From NCBI GenBank assembly GCA_002269645.1, contig NIVC01002612.1, forward strand, positions 1 to 62,220: DNA of 62,220 nucleotides. The letters are read 5' to 3'. The notes under the pieces were generated by a model, which saw nothing but the letters and a program-made list of their open reading frames with translations, ran no database searches and was not told where the DNA came from. The stretch comes from Macrostomum lignano. Taxonomy: Eukaryota. The position numbers were made by a program, and so were the translations under genes. This document shows positions 22,605 through 34,432 of the stretch, piece by piece (position 1 is the first letter of the stretch; every line of letters starts with the position of its first letter).

Positions 22605-24203
22605 TCACGCATCGCTGGAAGCTCCCAGTGATTCACTCGGTTCATCCGTTCGCTCCTCCTGACGCTGTAACGTGAAACTGCCAGTCCTGATTGCGGTGAG
22701 CAGCTGCGGCAGGTCCTCTTCAAGCTCCATGGCCTCTTGCCAGCTCTGCACAGAGCCAATGTGAGAGCGTTGCACGTGTTTCTGCAGATTGCCAGGCAGA
22801 GTGAAAGCGGAGCGGCACAGGCGGCAGATGTAGGGTCGCCGGCCAGTGTGAATGATCTGATGCTGGTACAGATTGTTAGACTGGGAGAAGGCCTTGGCGC
22901 AGACTACGCACTGGAACGGCCTGGCGCCCGAGTGCACCCGCTTGTGCCGCATCAGATTGGAGTGATTGCTGAAGCACTTGCAGCACACTGGACAGCTGTA
23001 CAGTCGACCGCCTGCTGGCGCTGGTGCGGCTTTCGACGAACTGGTCGACTGGGCAGCTTTGGCCAGCTCGCTGTCCGGCGAAACGTACCGGATTGTGAAG
23101 CCTACGATAGGGCTGGAGGTCACTGCCGGCTTCTCCTCCACAATCGCTGCATCGTCAGTGTCGTCATAATCGGCATCCTCGGCATTGTCGTCGACAATAT
23201 CGGCGCAGTCCTGCTCGACAATTCCAGACTGTTGAACCCGAGCGTCAGCATTGCCATCGGTACATACAGCTCTAGGTACAACGTCAGCGATCACTTCATC
23301 CATATCGTCGGTGCCAGCTGGCTGCCTAGCCGGACTAGGGAATGACGACGCCGGGCTGGGCGTGAAGTCTTCGCCGCCGGCGTTTCCGCTGCCTCCTCCA
23401 TTGTTGCCGCCGCCGCTGTTGCCAAGGACGAACAGCGTGACGCCGCCGGATCCGGCCGAGCAGCTGTCGATAGGAACTTCGCCATTAGCAATAGCGCTAG
23501 CGTGCAGCTTGTTCAGCAGTTCCACAGCCCGGCTGGCGAAATTCGAATGCGCCAACGAGGCCGGCAGGCAGAGACAGGGCGGCCCGACTACAACGTCGGT
23601 CTGGCGGAACAGCGGCGGCAACGGGCGGGCGGTCAGGCCGGTGGCGCTGGACACCAAGCCCGGCTCGATTTTACTAACTGAAGCGCCCAGCTGCTGGTCG
23701 GCACTGCCTGGCGCGGCCGCACTGCTAGAAGAAGCTATTGAAGTTACTGACGACTGCGACATGAACAGCGTCACTGTTGACACATGCGGAGGCGGCGGTG
23801 GCTGCTGCGAATGCGATGACACGGCCGACGTCAGCGTCAGCGTAGGTAGCGAACTGGATGCGCCAGCCAACGAGAAAGTCGGCACCGGAGGAGGCAGGGA
23901 GGTGAGCGAAATTAACGAAGGAGCTGCAGTAGCAGGATGTGAACTGTTGGCACTTGACGCTGCTGTGCCAACTCCAGACAATGACCTGTCCTCATCGCCA
24001 TCTTCGTCCTCAGGAACAATGGGCACACAGAGGGACACCGGCTGGCTAGCAAAGCTGTCAGGCCCAGCAGATGCGGCCATTGCAGATGCTGGTTCAGACG
24101 GCTCTGGCGCAGTTGCATTGAAGGCGCTGCAGGTGACAGCAATGGTGGCAGCATTGCCACCTGCATCAGCCACCTGCAGCAGCACGGGAACAGCCTTCAC
24201 ACG
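22605..24203 (-). CDS. Gene D: C2H2 zinc-finger protein (3 fingers), large last coding exon
   Basis: CPVCCKCFSNHSNLMRHKRVH-SGARPFQ-CVVCAKAFSQSNNLYQHQIIH-TGRRPYI-CRLCRSAFTLPGNLQKHVQRSH with canonical linkers; acceptor tttttaaatcccacag at 24204; stop TGA at 22605. Tentative upstream exons are 26274-26222 and 25971-25944 (phase-compatible, low confidence). Confidence 0.9.
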   Translation of the reverse strand, partial: RVKAVPVLLQVADAGGNAATIAVTCSAFNATAPEPSEPASAMAASAGPDSFASQPVSLCVPIVPEDEDGDEDRSLSGVGTAASSANSSHPATAAPSLISLTSLPPPVPTFSLAGASSSLPTLTLTSAVSSHSQQPPPPPHVSTVTLFMSQSSVTSIASSSSAAAPGSADQQLGASVSKIEPGLVSSATGLTARPLPPLFRQTDVVVGPPCLCLPASLAHSNFASRAVELLNKLHASAIANGEVPIDSCSAGSGGVTLFVLGNSGGGNNGGGSGNAGGEDFTPSPASSFPSPARQPAGTDDMDEVIADVVPRAVCTDGNADARVQQSGIVEQDCADIVDDNAEDADYDDTDDAAIVEEKPAVTSSPIVGFTIRYVSPDSELAKAAQSTSSSKAAPAPAGGRLYSCPVCCKCFSNHSNLMRHKRVHSGARPFQCVVCAKAFSQSNNLYQHQIIHTGRRPYICRLCRSAFTLPGNLQKHVQRSHIGSVQSWQEAMELEEDLPQLLTAIRTGSFTLQRQEERTDEPSESLGASSDA

Positions 24204-24515
24204 CTGTGGGATTTAAAAAGTGAGTATAAAAGGAGTTCAATGCTCTAAATCAGACACAAGAAGGCCAGTGACCAGCAAACATATTGATAGAACTCAAAGG
24301 CTAGACTACTATGCAATGGAGGTGCAGTTCAAAATTGATAGATGAAAACAAAGTTTATAATTTTAATTCTAATTAGCAACTCTTAACTAGTAAATTAACA
24401 TTAGGTCCTAGCAATTTAGCTACATGTATGAAGTAAATAAATAAGTTCTTTTCATTTAGGTATATAAGAAACTACATTTAAGTTTTCACCTTTATTTTAT
24501 CTAAGACTAAGCATA

Positions 24516-24590
24516 AGTGCGCAACCTTGGGATTCACTCGGCCGTTTCTATTGGCAATACACACATGTAAGTTGCTATTGGCTGAGGGCA
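24516..24590. mobile_element. Single-arm fragment of the foldback MITE at 22141
   Basis: GCGCAACCTTGGGATTCACTCGGCCGTTTCTATTGGCAATACACACATGTAAGTTGCTATTGGCTGAG. Confidence 0.8.
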
Positions 24591-26799
24591 TATTCTATTT
24601 TTAGAACACTCGATGTACACTTCGTCATTTTATATTTTTAGAACAAAGGGTGCGCATGCTCTCAGCCAATTATTTGTTAGGCAATAAGCAGTAGCACCAA
24701 TGGATAGTAAAAACTTGAGTCTAGTTAGACTACTTATACTGAAGATTGGGGCATGTGTTAAGGTGCATTGCAAACTAAAGTGGAGAGTTCTAGGTGCATG
24801 GTTAGTAATTGGAACAACCTTTTTAAAAGTGCAGGATGCAGGTTGAAAATGATTTTAAGGTATCAAACAAGTAATTGACAGTATACATTTTTAATAAAAG
24901 ACTTGAATTCCACTATATTTTTCTTTACAATCAAAACTGTAAAAACTTTGAAAGAGAAATTGAATAAGTAATTCACATTAAAAAAAGACATGATTTTAGA
25001 ATATCAGTAAATTCAGTTTTTTGTATAAAATTTAGGAATAAATGATAGTAATTCAGGTTTTATAAAGATCAACAAATTTCAGAATACTAGAAAATGATGG
25101 TCATTAGGTAACTTTGCAGGGTTTTTTTTAGCATGATACACTTATCATAAACTAACAAAAATGACTATAAACTTAAATATAGGCTCAGAAAATATTTTAG
25201 CAAAAAATTATCAACTTATAAACCTCTTGAAAATTAGTACAACTACTTTTTGTAAAAAAAAAATGATGGTTGTTTTTAACACTTAAAAAAGGGAAGTCAA
25301 ACTTTTTAAAATAAAAAATTATGATAGATAGAACTATATTAGATCATAAAACTTTATAATTTCAGTCTTTAGATATAAGAAAGAAAGATTTTTATTATTT
25401 ATGCACTTGATGCATTATGTTTATTAACTTTTTTTCTTATTGAAAACTAGATTAAACTTTTTATAATGTCCCGCGGGACATTTAAAATCTTGCAAGGGTA
25501 CCATGATCAAAACAAAATATATATACCTAGAGGTAGATAAATGTGTATGAAACTACATAAAAATGAAACTATACATAATTATATGCAAAATGAAATATTC
25601 ACATTTGCAAATAATTTTAAAATAAATTTCTATACCTTTGATGACCCTATCATGGAATAACCCAGTTAGCCTAGGCCCTAACTAAGGTCTTAATCTAAGA
25701 TTTTTTTGTTTCAACATTAACACTTCCCATTGATTGAAGATTTTTAATAATGGTGCCTAACAATGAATGGCATATGTATTTCTTTATTAAACTTAATACA
25801 TACAAGGAAAGATTGTCTACAAAGTTATAAAAGTTGACAAAAATATGATGGTCTAGGCCTGTGTATTTCAAAATGTGTAGACTAAGAAGACTAGGCCTAG
25901 CCCCTAGGCCCATGCCTATATAATTCAATAAATGAATATACACCAAGAAATAACTATATGGATAGGGGTCCCTGCGTGTGGCAAGTAAAGCAGCTAGTAA
26001 GGCGAGCTAGGTTTTACAGGGCCCAGTTAATAATATCATACTAGTAACTAGAATCTAGAGTCTACGTCTACAGTCTTAGTCTACTCTCTAGACTAGTCAC
26101 TAGTGGTAGTGTCGAAACTAACTGTAAACTCAGGTCCTCAGATGATGGTCTACTAGTAAATACAGCCTTCCTGACGTCTACCACGTGCATGTTCCTGTGC
26201 GCCGAACGACACAAAAAATACCTTTCGTGATTAGCCTTTAGTTTTACTATTACCAGTAAAAGTTGGTAATCCATTACAATTGTTTTCTGTGAAAGTTACT
26301 ACGTACGGCACGAAATCAAAAAGCGCCACAAAAACAAACTTTTGTATACGGTTAAGAGTAAAACATAATGTTTAGTCATTAACAGTTTTCATACTTAATT
26401 TTTATTAAAGAATTTTTTCAAAAAAACGAAAAACGGGCAATACTGTCAATGACAAAAGACTGACTCATACAGCATTTTAGGCGGGAAACTTATATCGGCG
26501 CAAAAAAACTTGAATTGAACTAAATAAAGCTCTATGGCATCCGAGCAGTGCTGGGCAAGTTAATCAATTTTTTTAACTCGTTAAAAGTTAAAAAGTTAAT
26601 TTAATTGCTCCAAAAAAATTAACTGTAACTAGTTAATTATTTAACTTTTGCCCAAAATTTAACTTCTGAAAAGTTAAAAGTTAAAGTTAATAATTCCCTA
26701 ACGGAAAAAGTGACATTTTCCCGGACATGTGTTCGGCGTGTTTTTTAAATTTCAGGTCGGCGCGGCGCGGCTGTGGCCAGGTCGCGGCGCCCTGGGGAG

Positions 26800-27767
26800 C
26801 TTGTCGGGGAATACTCCCCTGGGAATTAGACCGGGGACCCCGGGGAGAAAAAAAGCATTTTTAACTACATTTTTGCCATTTAAATAAGAAAATCATTGAC
26901 AGAAAGCTGATTGAAACTCTGTCTATGCTTTTTTACTGCAAAACTGCTTATTTCAATGTATTACTTCAAACACAACACACGTTTGAATGGGGGGTTCATA
27001 AGACCGAAATTTCACAACGCCGAAACACCATACTTCACAAGACCGAAACTTCATAAGACCAAAATTTCACATCGTAGAAAACTTTACAATAAGGATTGTA
27101 TTGCATGCAGAATTTTCGGCGTTGTGAAATTTCGGTCTTATGAAATTAGCGACCCGTTTGAATGTTTTTTTTCACTATGAGTCTTTCAATCAAGCAAATT
27201 GAACGTACAAGCGTAGAAACCCATCAGGAAAAAGAAGCCTTACTGACTATTGTGTTGGTCTGCGTTGACGGCTTGACGCATTTGACGCAGGCACAGCGCC
27301 ATATCCTGCGTCAGTCACTGACGCATAGGGGGGTGTCATACAATAACAAAATACTCCATATTAGACAGGACAAAATGGTGATTTACATGCATCTGCAAGA
27401 AATTAAAATTCCGATTACAAAAACAGTCTCATTCATTAATTATCCTCCCACGAGTGCAGCTGCTGAGTATGCATTTTCCGCCTCCGGAGTCTGGACCCTT
27501 TCTGATAAAGGTGCGCGCACGATTTGGTGATGCCATATTGTCAAATACAGTTTTAAACAAACATTGCTTAAAGTTTTTACCCTTGCGCCTTGAACATGTA
27601 GTCCATCCAAAGCTTTAATCAAAGTTTAAAAAATGCCACTTAGTGACTTATAAAGATCTAAGTTATCCGCCGTTTTTTACTTATTTTTTTCCCCGGGGTC
27701 CCCGGGAAATGACAGTAAATTCCCTGGGTCCCCGATAAGAAAATTCCCCAGGGAATCGACATCCCTA
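26800..27767. mobile_element. Degenerate nested hAT-like element carrying a transposase C-terminal remnant
   Basis: Inverted blocks TCCCCTGGGAATT..CCGGGGACCCCGGGG (~26815-26850) and 27690-27767 ending GACATCCCTA (TAGGGATG-type hAT terminus). YPPTSAAAEYAFSASG..LSDK (27440-27520, +) resembles the hAT dimerisation motif PxTSxxxERxFS. Confidence 0.6.
26989..27155. mobile_element. 167-bp MITE (GG termini, Merlin-like) nested in the hAT element
   Basis: Inverted arms TTCATAAGACCGAAATTTCACAACGCCGAAA; right end TAGCGACCC; perfect TSD GTTTGAAT (26981-26988, 27156-27163). Confidence 0.85.
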
Positions 27768-28964
27768 TGTACAACGATAACTTATAGTAGTGCTTGGGTA
27801 GAATATCAATAGATAATAGTTGAAGATTCCAGAATCTTCCGAATATTCTATACATTATAACTTGTAACTGAAATATATACATGTAATAGTAGTTTGTGAC
27901 GCGTTAAAAAATGCTTAGAAAGGCGAAGTTATTTTATGTATGTATTAATTTTACTTTTTAATGGCATACAAGCTGTTGAAACCCGCGGATTTTGAACCCG
28001 GGGAACTCCATTTCCCGGAATTATTAACTTTTGTCATTTAACTTTAACTTCAGAAATAAATTAACGATTTTTGTTAACTAGTTAATACATAAAAAATTTA
28101 ACGAAAATTTAACGATTTTTAAAAAAATTTAACTAGTTAATTAACTAGTTAAACAATTAACTAGTTAACGCCCAGCACTGCATCCGAGCACACATTGACA
28201 TTAGACATGTTAGAATAAAGTTACTCTACACCCTACATATTGTATCACTGTATGTACAACAACCAGGTTATTTTATGCCTATGCCAAATGGTGAGAATTA
28301 GGAGATTGTAGGCCCTTGAGTTGAGCCCTAGGGGCCTACTATCGATTAGACAATTATTTAAGAATTATTAGGGGATCCAAATTTTAATTTTTAAAGATTA
28401 ACTCTTCTTTAAAGAAAAATGAAGGCTTTTCATTTTACCAATTTCAGAGCCAGAATTTGGCGCATTTCATATTGCCTGTTACGTTTTCAGAATCGATTCT
28501 AGGACCGTGTTCTGGTTCTGGAATTTATATAAAAAATTTCTTGATTCGTCATGTTTAACACTTTAACAGAAAAATAATTTTGGCATTTAAAGGCATTTAA
28601 AATTGTAATTTTTTTATTATTGATAAGACTGACAAACATAAAATTGGTTTGAAGCTTTTCTTTCATTTTCCTACTGTACCAATTTTGGTTCTAGAATTAG
28701 AATTATTCGCACTGTTACTGTCACATTGGTTCTGGAACCAATCTTTGTAAAAAGCCTATTAGACCCTTCCTAGGCATAGGTTTTTAGAATTCAGATTAGG
28801 ATCTTCATACATGCGCAACTGCTGGCCGACCTGGCCGATCCGGCCACCGTAAATCGTGGCTGACCAGGGGTAAGTCGCAAAATTGAGTCAACCAAAAACA
28901 GAAAAACACAAGAACCAAGAAAGGCAAGAGGAAAGCGAAAGAAAGAGCAGTTCAGGGAAAATGG

Positions 28965-30060
28965 TGAAGCAAAAGAAAAACAATTCGCAAAAGAAGCAAA
29001 CTAAGTTGTAAAAATAATCAGGTAAGTCGCAAAAAGGATCAGGTAAGTCGCAAAAGAAGCAAACTAAGTCGCAAAAAGGATCAGGTAAGTCGCAACAGGA
29101 ATCAGGTAAGTCGCAAAAGAAGCAAACTAAGTCGCAAAAGAAGCAAACTAAGTCGCAAAAGAAGCAAACTAAGTCGCAAAAAGGATCAGGTAAGTCGCAA
29201 AAGGGTTAGGTAAGTCGCAAAAGGATTAGGTAAGTCGCAAAAGGGTTAGGTAAGTCGCAAAAGGGTTAGGTAAGTCGCAAAAAGGATCAGGTAAGTCGCA
29301 AAAAGGATCAGGTAAGTCGCAAAAAGAATCAGGTAAGTCGCAAAAGAAGCAAACTAAGTCGCAAAAGGATCAGCTAAGTCGCAAAAGGATTAGGTAAGTC
29401 GCAAAAGGATTAGGTAAGTCGCAAAAAGGATTAGGTAAGTCGCAAAAGGGTTAGGTAAGTCGCAAAAAGGATCAGGTAAGTTGTAAAAATAATCAGGTAA
29501 GTCGCAAAAAGGATCAGGTAAGTCGCAAAAGAAGCAAACTAAGTCGCAAAAGGATCAGCTAAGTCGCAAAAGGATTAGGTAAGTCGCAAAAGGGTTAGGT
29601 AAGTCGCAAAAGGGTTAGGTAAGTCGCAAAAAGGATCAGGTAAGTCGCAAAAAGGATCAGGTAAGTCACAAAAAGAATCAGGTAAGTCGCAAAAGAAGCA
29701 AACTAAGTCGCAAAAGGATCAGCTAAGTCGCAAAAGGGTTAGGTAAGTCGCAAAAGGATTAGGTAAGTCGCAAAAGGATTAGGTAAGTCGCAAAAGGGTT
29801 AGGTAAGTCGCAAAAGGATTAGGTAAGTCGCAAAAGGGTTAGGTAAGTCGCAAAAGGATTAGGTAAGTCGCAAAAAGGATTAGGTAAGTCGCAAAAAGAA
29901 TCAGGTAAGTCGCAAAAGGATCAGCTAAGTCGCAAAAGGATTAGGTAAGTCGCAAAAGGATTAGGTAAGTCGCAAAAGGGTTAGGTAAGTCGCAAAAAGG
30001 ATTAGGTAAGTCGCAAAAAGAAGCAACTAAGTCGCAATAAGAGGGAAGTAAGTCACAATC
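28965..30060. repeat. 20-21-bp minisatellite with core TAAGTCGCAAAA
   Basis: Direct reading; the same core occurs singly in the subterminal regions (28872, 31460, 31487). Confidence 0.95.
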
Positions 30061-30195
30061 AGAGGCAATCAGGGGGTAGTAGGTGCAAGTGTGGCAAGAG
30101 AGCAAAAACAGAATAGAAGTCTTCAACCACAGACAAGATCTTTGAAATCAGAAGCCCGCGTCAACAGTTTCCCATTGATTTCTTAAACTCTGGAG

Positions 30196-30260
30196 CAGGG
30201 GTTGGCAAACTCCGGCTCGCGAAGCCCCTCTATCTGGCCCTCGCCCCTCGGGTTCTTTGA
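30196..30260 (+). mobile_element. Isolated left end of a Charlie-like hAT element
   Basis: CAGGGGTTGGCAAACTCCGGCTCGCG resembles hAT-Charlie termini; no right end was found. Confidence 0.5.
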
Positions 30261-30289
30261 AACTTCCTAACCAGCAAGGTTGGTGTATC

Positions 30290-30960
30290 TTCAACTCTCA
30301 TCTCTCTCTTCTTCTCTACCTTGCCTCCCCTCTTCTCTCTCTCCCCTTTTCCCTCTTCTCTCTCGTCTCATTTTTACTCTCCTCTCTTCTCCCCCTTTCT
30401 CTCTACCCTTTCTCCTCAATGCCCTCTTCTCTTCTCTTATCTTCAGCAAAAATATGTGCATATTTTCTTACTTCAAAGTAGAGGGAATAGAAGATTAGAG
30501 ATAAGCAAACAGAGGAGAGGCGAGCGATGCGATGGGAGAAAAGATAGAAGAGGAGAGAAAAGCTGAGGGAGGAAAAAGAGATGAGAGAGAAGAGGAGATG
30601 AGAGGAAAGAGGAAAGAAAAGATGATGGATGAGATCAGAAGAGAGGAAAGAGGAAAGAGGAGAGAGTAGATGAGAGAAGAGAGGATAAAGAGGAGATGAG
30701 AGGAGAGTGAAGAGAGGAGAGATGAGATAGTAGAAAAGAGAGGAGAGATAAGATGAGAGAGTAGAGTGGAGAGAGACGAGAGGGAAGATAAGATGAGAGA
30801 GTAGAGTGGAATGGAGAGAGACGAGAGGAGAGATAAGAATGTAGAGAGGAGACAGAAGAGATAGGAGAGGAGAGGAAAGAGAGAAGGGATAAGGGATGAG
30901 AGAGAAAAGAAAAAGAGGATGAGAAGATTGAGGAATGGAGAGAATTTGCAAAGGCCTCAA
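30290..30960. repeat. Low-complexity polypyrimidine block followed by a polypurine block
   Basis: CT-rich at 30290-30440 and GA-rich at 30480-30950. Confidence 0.9.
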
Positions 30961-32321
30961 ATCTTAGTTTAACATGCATTACTCCCATCTTTGCCTTTTT
31001 CCTAACTGTTAACAAGTTTTTGTTTGAGCATGACTTCAAATTTAGAATCTATGCAAAAATAGTTCCGGGAATTAGAATTCAGTGGTTTAAAAATCTGTGG
31101 GTTTTCACAGCTTGTATCTCTACTGGATTCGTATTCTGCATCTGATGAGCCATCTGAATCAGGGCTCTCATCTTCCATGCCAAATCGTCTAGCAAATCGT
31201 TCTTGAGCTATAGGTCACACTGTATTCTCTTCACTTACTTCTGGACATTCATGAATCATGACTTTTGTAGTATGCTCACTACACTGTACTGACAATTTAC
31301 TAATTGCTTCATGCCGCCACTAGATGACATACTGATTAGCTGTTATAAAAACGCGAAATCTGCACGCAGCACTAATTAGCTGGCGAGGCAATTAGCTTTA
31401 AATTATGGTCATAGTTACTCCTGCCGTTTACCTAAAGTTTTTGCTTGGCTCTTTCATAGGTAAGTCGCATTTTTTATCGAAAACTAAGTCGCACGGCCAG
31501 CGTAATTTCAGAAGTTGCGCATGTATGAGGATCTTATCCTACAATCTTATTCTTATTAAAAATATACATGCATTTATATATAACCTAGTTGACATTTATC
31601 TATGACTACTATAGTATGAGTATCTTCTATTTATCTATTAGATAATCTAACTTAGTCTTTAGGCCTAGTTTAGTATCTATTTTAGTTTTGCAAAAATAAA
31701 TCTGTTACACTATAAAAATAGTCCTTATAATTGTTTTTTATCATACAATGATTGAGTATAAATTAGTATATTTTTAAATGATAATAATTTAATAATCATT
31801 TCTAGTCTATAAATTTTAAAATATTTTTTTTAAATAGCTAGGTTTCTTAGCTAAGTCTAATATTAAATAAATTGAAATTTAATCTAATAAACTAGTTTAT
31901 TAAATATAGTTTAATATAAGGTTGTAGCATTTGATTTTTCTAAAATTTATCATATATAGTAATAGTAGACAAAGCTATAAGGCATAGAGCCAAACAATTT
32001 TTACTTAAAATTTGATTGCAAAAAATTGTTCTTGGGGTATTTATATTGCTATTTGCTATTAAATGAGGCTAAATTATAGTTTTTATAAAGCTAAAAAGAA
32101 TCCATTGCCTAGTATTAGATATATATATACTATGTGTTTGACACATAGACAAAAAGTAGAGAAACGCGAATGTAGCTCTATATCTTTAGGGATGAATATG
32201 AAATTCTTTTATAGTAACAACATTCCATAAATAGTAACATGCATGACTATTTACAGTAACCACCTTCTATAAATAGTCATACCAACAATATTTATAGTAA
32301 TCTTATATGATGGCAGGCAAA

Positions 32322-32617
32322 CATACATGCGCAACAGTCGGCCGAGTTGGCCGATCTGACTGACCAATTTGGCGGCCAACCAATATAAGTTGCAAAAATG
32401 CCCATCTGAATAAATGCTTTCAGTAGTACTAAGTAGATGATGAGGCATTTTGCCTTAATAAGACAGTCATAGTTACTCCTGCCGTTTACCTAAAGTTGCA
32501 TTAATTTTGCTTTAGGGTTTCTTTTATATGTAAGTTGCATTTTTGGCCAAAAAAATGTCTCATTTTTGTTTAAACTAAGTCGCATGGCCGACTGAATTTT
32601 GGAGGTTGCACATGTAT
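32322..32617. mobile_element. 296-bp short relative of the 28806-31527 element
   Basis: TIR CATACATGCGCAAC / GTTGCACATGTATG; shares GTCATAGTTACTCCTGCCGTTTACCTAAAGT with 31409-31439; degenerate TSD CAGGCAAA/CGGGCGAA. Confidence 0.85.
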
Positions 32618-32897
32618 GCGGGCGAAGATGGTGATGGTGATGATGATGACATCATTTAGAACAACAAGCCAACCAGCATAGATACATACATACATACATA
32701 CATAATAAAATATACAATGTCTACTACTGATAGAAGTATTTTTGTGCAAATATATAGGCAAAATTATATAATTCTGTTAAGTTTATATTAAACCATATTA
32801 AACATTAATCCCTACCTGAACTACAATAATTCATTCATTCTCTACCCTCTCCCCCCACCCATCCCACTCTAACCCTGATACAAAACAAACAAATTTT

Positions 32898-33589
32898 ATT
32901 CTGGGGGACGCGTTGTGCTCTTGTCACTATTAGGGTTAGGTCTAGCATCAATTAGGGTTAGGGTTAAGTTAGGGTTAGGTCTGGTGTCAATTAGGGTTAA
33001 GTTAAGGTTAGGGCTAGCATCAATTAGGGTTAGGTTTGGATTAGGGCTGGCAACAATTAGGGTTAGGGTTAGGTTAGGGCTGGCGTCAATTAGGGTTAGG
33101 GCTGGTGTCAATTAGGGTTAGGGTTAATTTTGGGTTAGGGCTGGCATCAATTAGGGTTAAGCTAGGGTTAGGTCTAGCATCAATTAGGGTTAGGGTTAAG
33201 TTAGGTTAAGGTTGGTGTCAATTAGGGTTAGGGTTAAGTTAGGGTTAGGTCTAGCATCAATTAGGGTTAGGGTTAAGTTAGGATTAGGGCTGTTGTCAAT
33301 TAGGGTTAGGGTTAAGTTAGGGTTAGGGCTGGCATCAATTAGGGTTAGGGTTAGGGCTGGCATCAATTAGGGTTAGGGTTAGTGTTATGGCTGGCTACTC
33401 TCAGATAAGCTACTCTCAGACAGCAACAGGTGTTTCCCCAGATAAGTTATCCAAAACAGCAGCATATGGTTCATTAGACAAAATGGAAAATAATTTTTTT
33501 TTGGGGTGCAAAAAATTTTCTAAGTCAACTTTATTTTGACGCTTAGAGAAATTTCACATTTCTCGGTCAATGCAGCGGTCCCCCAGAAT
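32898..33589. mobile_element. TIR element (ATTCTGGGGGAC.C / GCGGTCCCCCAGAAT) enclosing an interstitial telomere-like array
   Basis: Inverted termini at 32898 and 33575-33589; TA or TTAA target is possible; the same terminus occurs at 34433. Confidence 0.65.
32927..33385 (+). repeat. Interstitial TTAGGG-derived higher-order repeat
   Basis: TTAGGGTTAGGGTTAAGTTAGGGTTAGG + (T/G)CTRGCATCAA units of ~33-45 bp. Confidence 0.9.
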
Positions 33590-34432
33590 TAAAAAGGCTG
33601 GGTACGGCTATGTGGTACGGATAGTGGGATAATATAGTTCAAGATGTAAATGTTGTTGGTATTAAGGTTGTTGGCATAATCGTAACTGTACAGAAGCGAT
33701 CTATAAATTACAAGGTTAAGTCAGGTCATGTCAGGTCAAATCTGGTCAGGTTGTACGTATGCACGCACGCAAACTAACTGAATTGAGTTGGCTATACTTG
33801 TATGGCTGGCTGGCTGGCTGGCTAAAAAGTTTGAGTGGGCTACACTGTGCCAGCCTCCGCCAATTCTCTATCTATCTATCTATCCATATGCCTAGTATAT
33901 GGGGGTAGGGGTAAGAAATCAACGCCACAACATCAGTCAGTTGAGTGGTTATAACCATAGACTATCTTAAACACAGTTCATATAGTGTTGCCGCGCATTT
34001 AATATAATGTTACTATTTATGGCAAATGTACTAAAAATAGATGCATATTTGTCCCTAGAGATATAGATGACTCATTGACTGATTGGTTGATACATTTATA
34101 CAAGTTAGAATCGTCAATGTCTTATATCTTTAGGGACAAATATGCATCTATTTTTAGTAAATTTTCCATAAATAGTAACAATCATTATTTAAAGCCTTAC
34201 GCACACATGCACACACTCATGTACACACACACTCAGTTGAGTTGGATGGATGGATAGATGGATGGATGAAATGGATAATCAATACAGTACTCAATTGTAA
34301 AAAACAAAGTAGGACATTGTGCATGTTATATAAACTCCAATACGTAACCAATGTTTGATCCATAACCCACTCAACCCACTCCCTTCACTCCCTCTCCTCA
34401 CCACTATCCTCTCTAACCCTACACTATCTTTA

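Larger units (their letters stand above)
26546..28180. mobile_element. Non-autonomous hAT element with nested insertions
   Basis: Perfect TIR CAGTGCTGGGC / GCCCAGCACTG; perfect 8-bp TSD CATCCGAG (26538-26545, 28181-28188); subterminal AAGTTAA/TTAACTAGTTAA repeats. Confidence 0.92.
28806..31527. mobile_element. 2.7-kb non-autonomous hAT-like element containing a ~1.1-kb (TAAGTCGCAAAAGGATTAGG)n satellite
   Basis: TIR CATACATGCGCAACT / AGTTGCGCATGTATG; perfect TSD AGGATCTT (28798-28805, 31528-31535). Confidence 0.92.

Noticed and set aside
32927-33385. True chromosome end or telomere
   Set aside because: Internal, degenerate, interrupted by non-telomeric spacers and enclosed by inverted termini.
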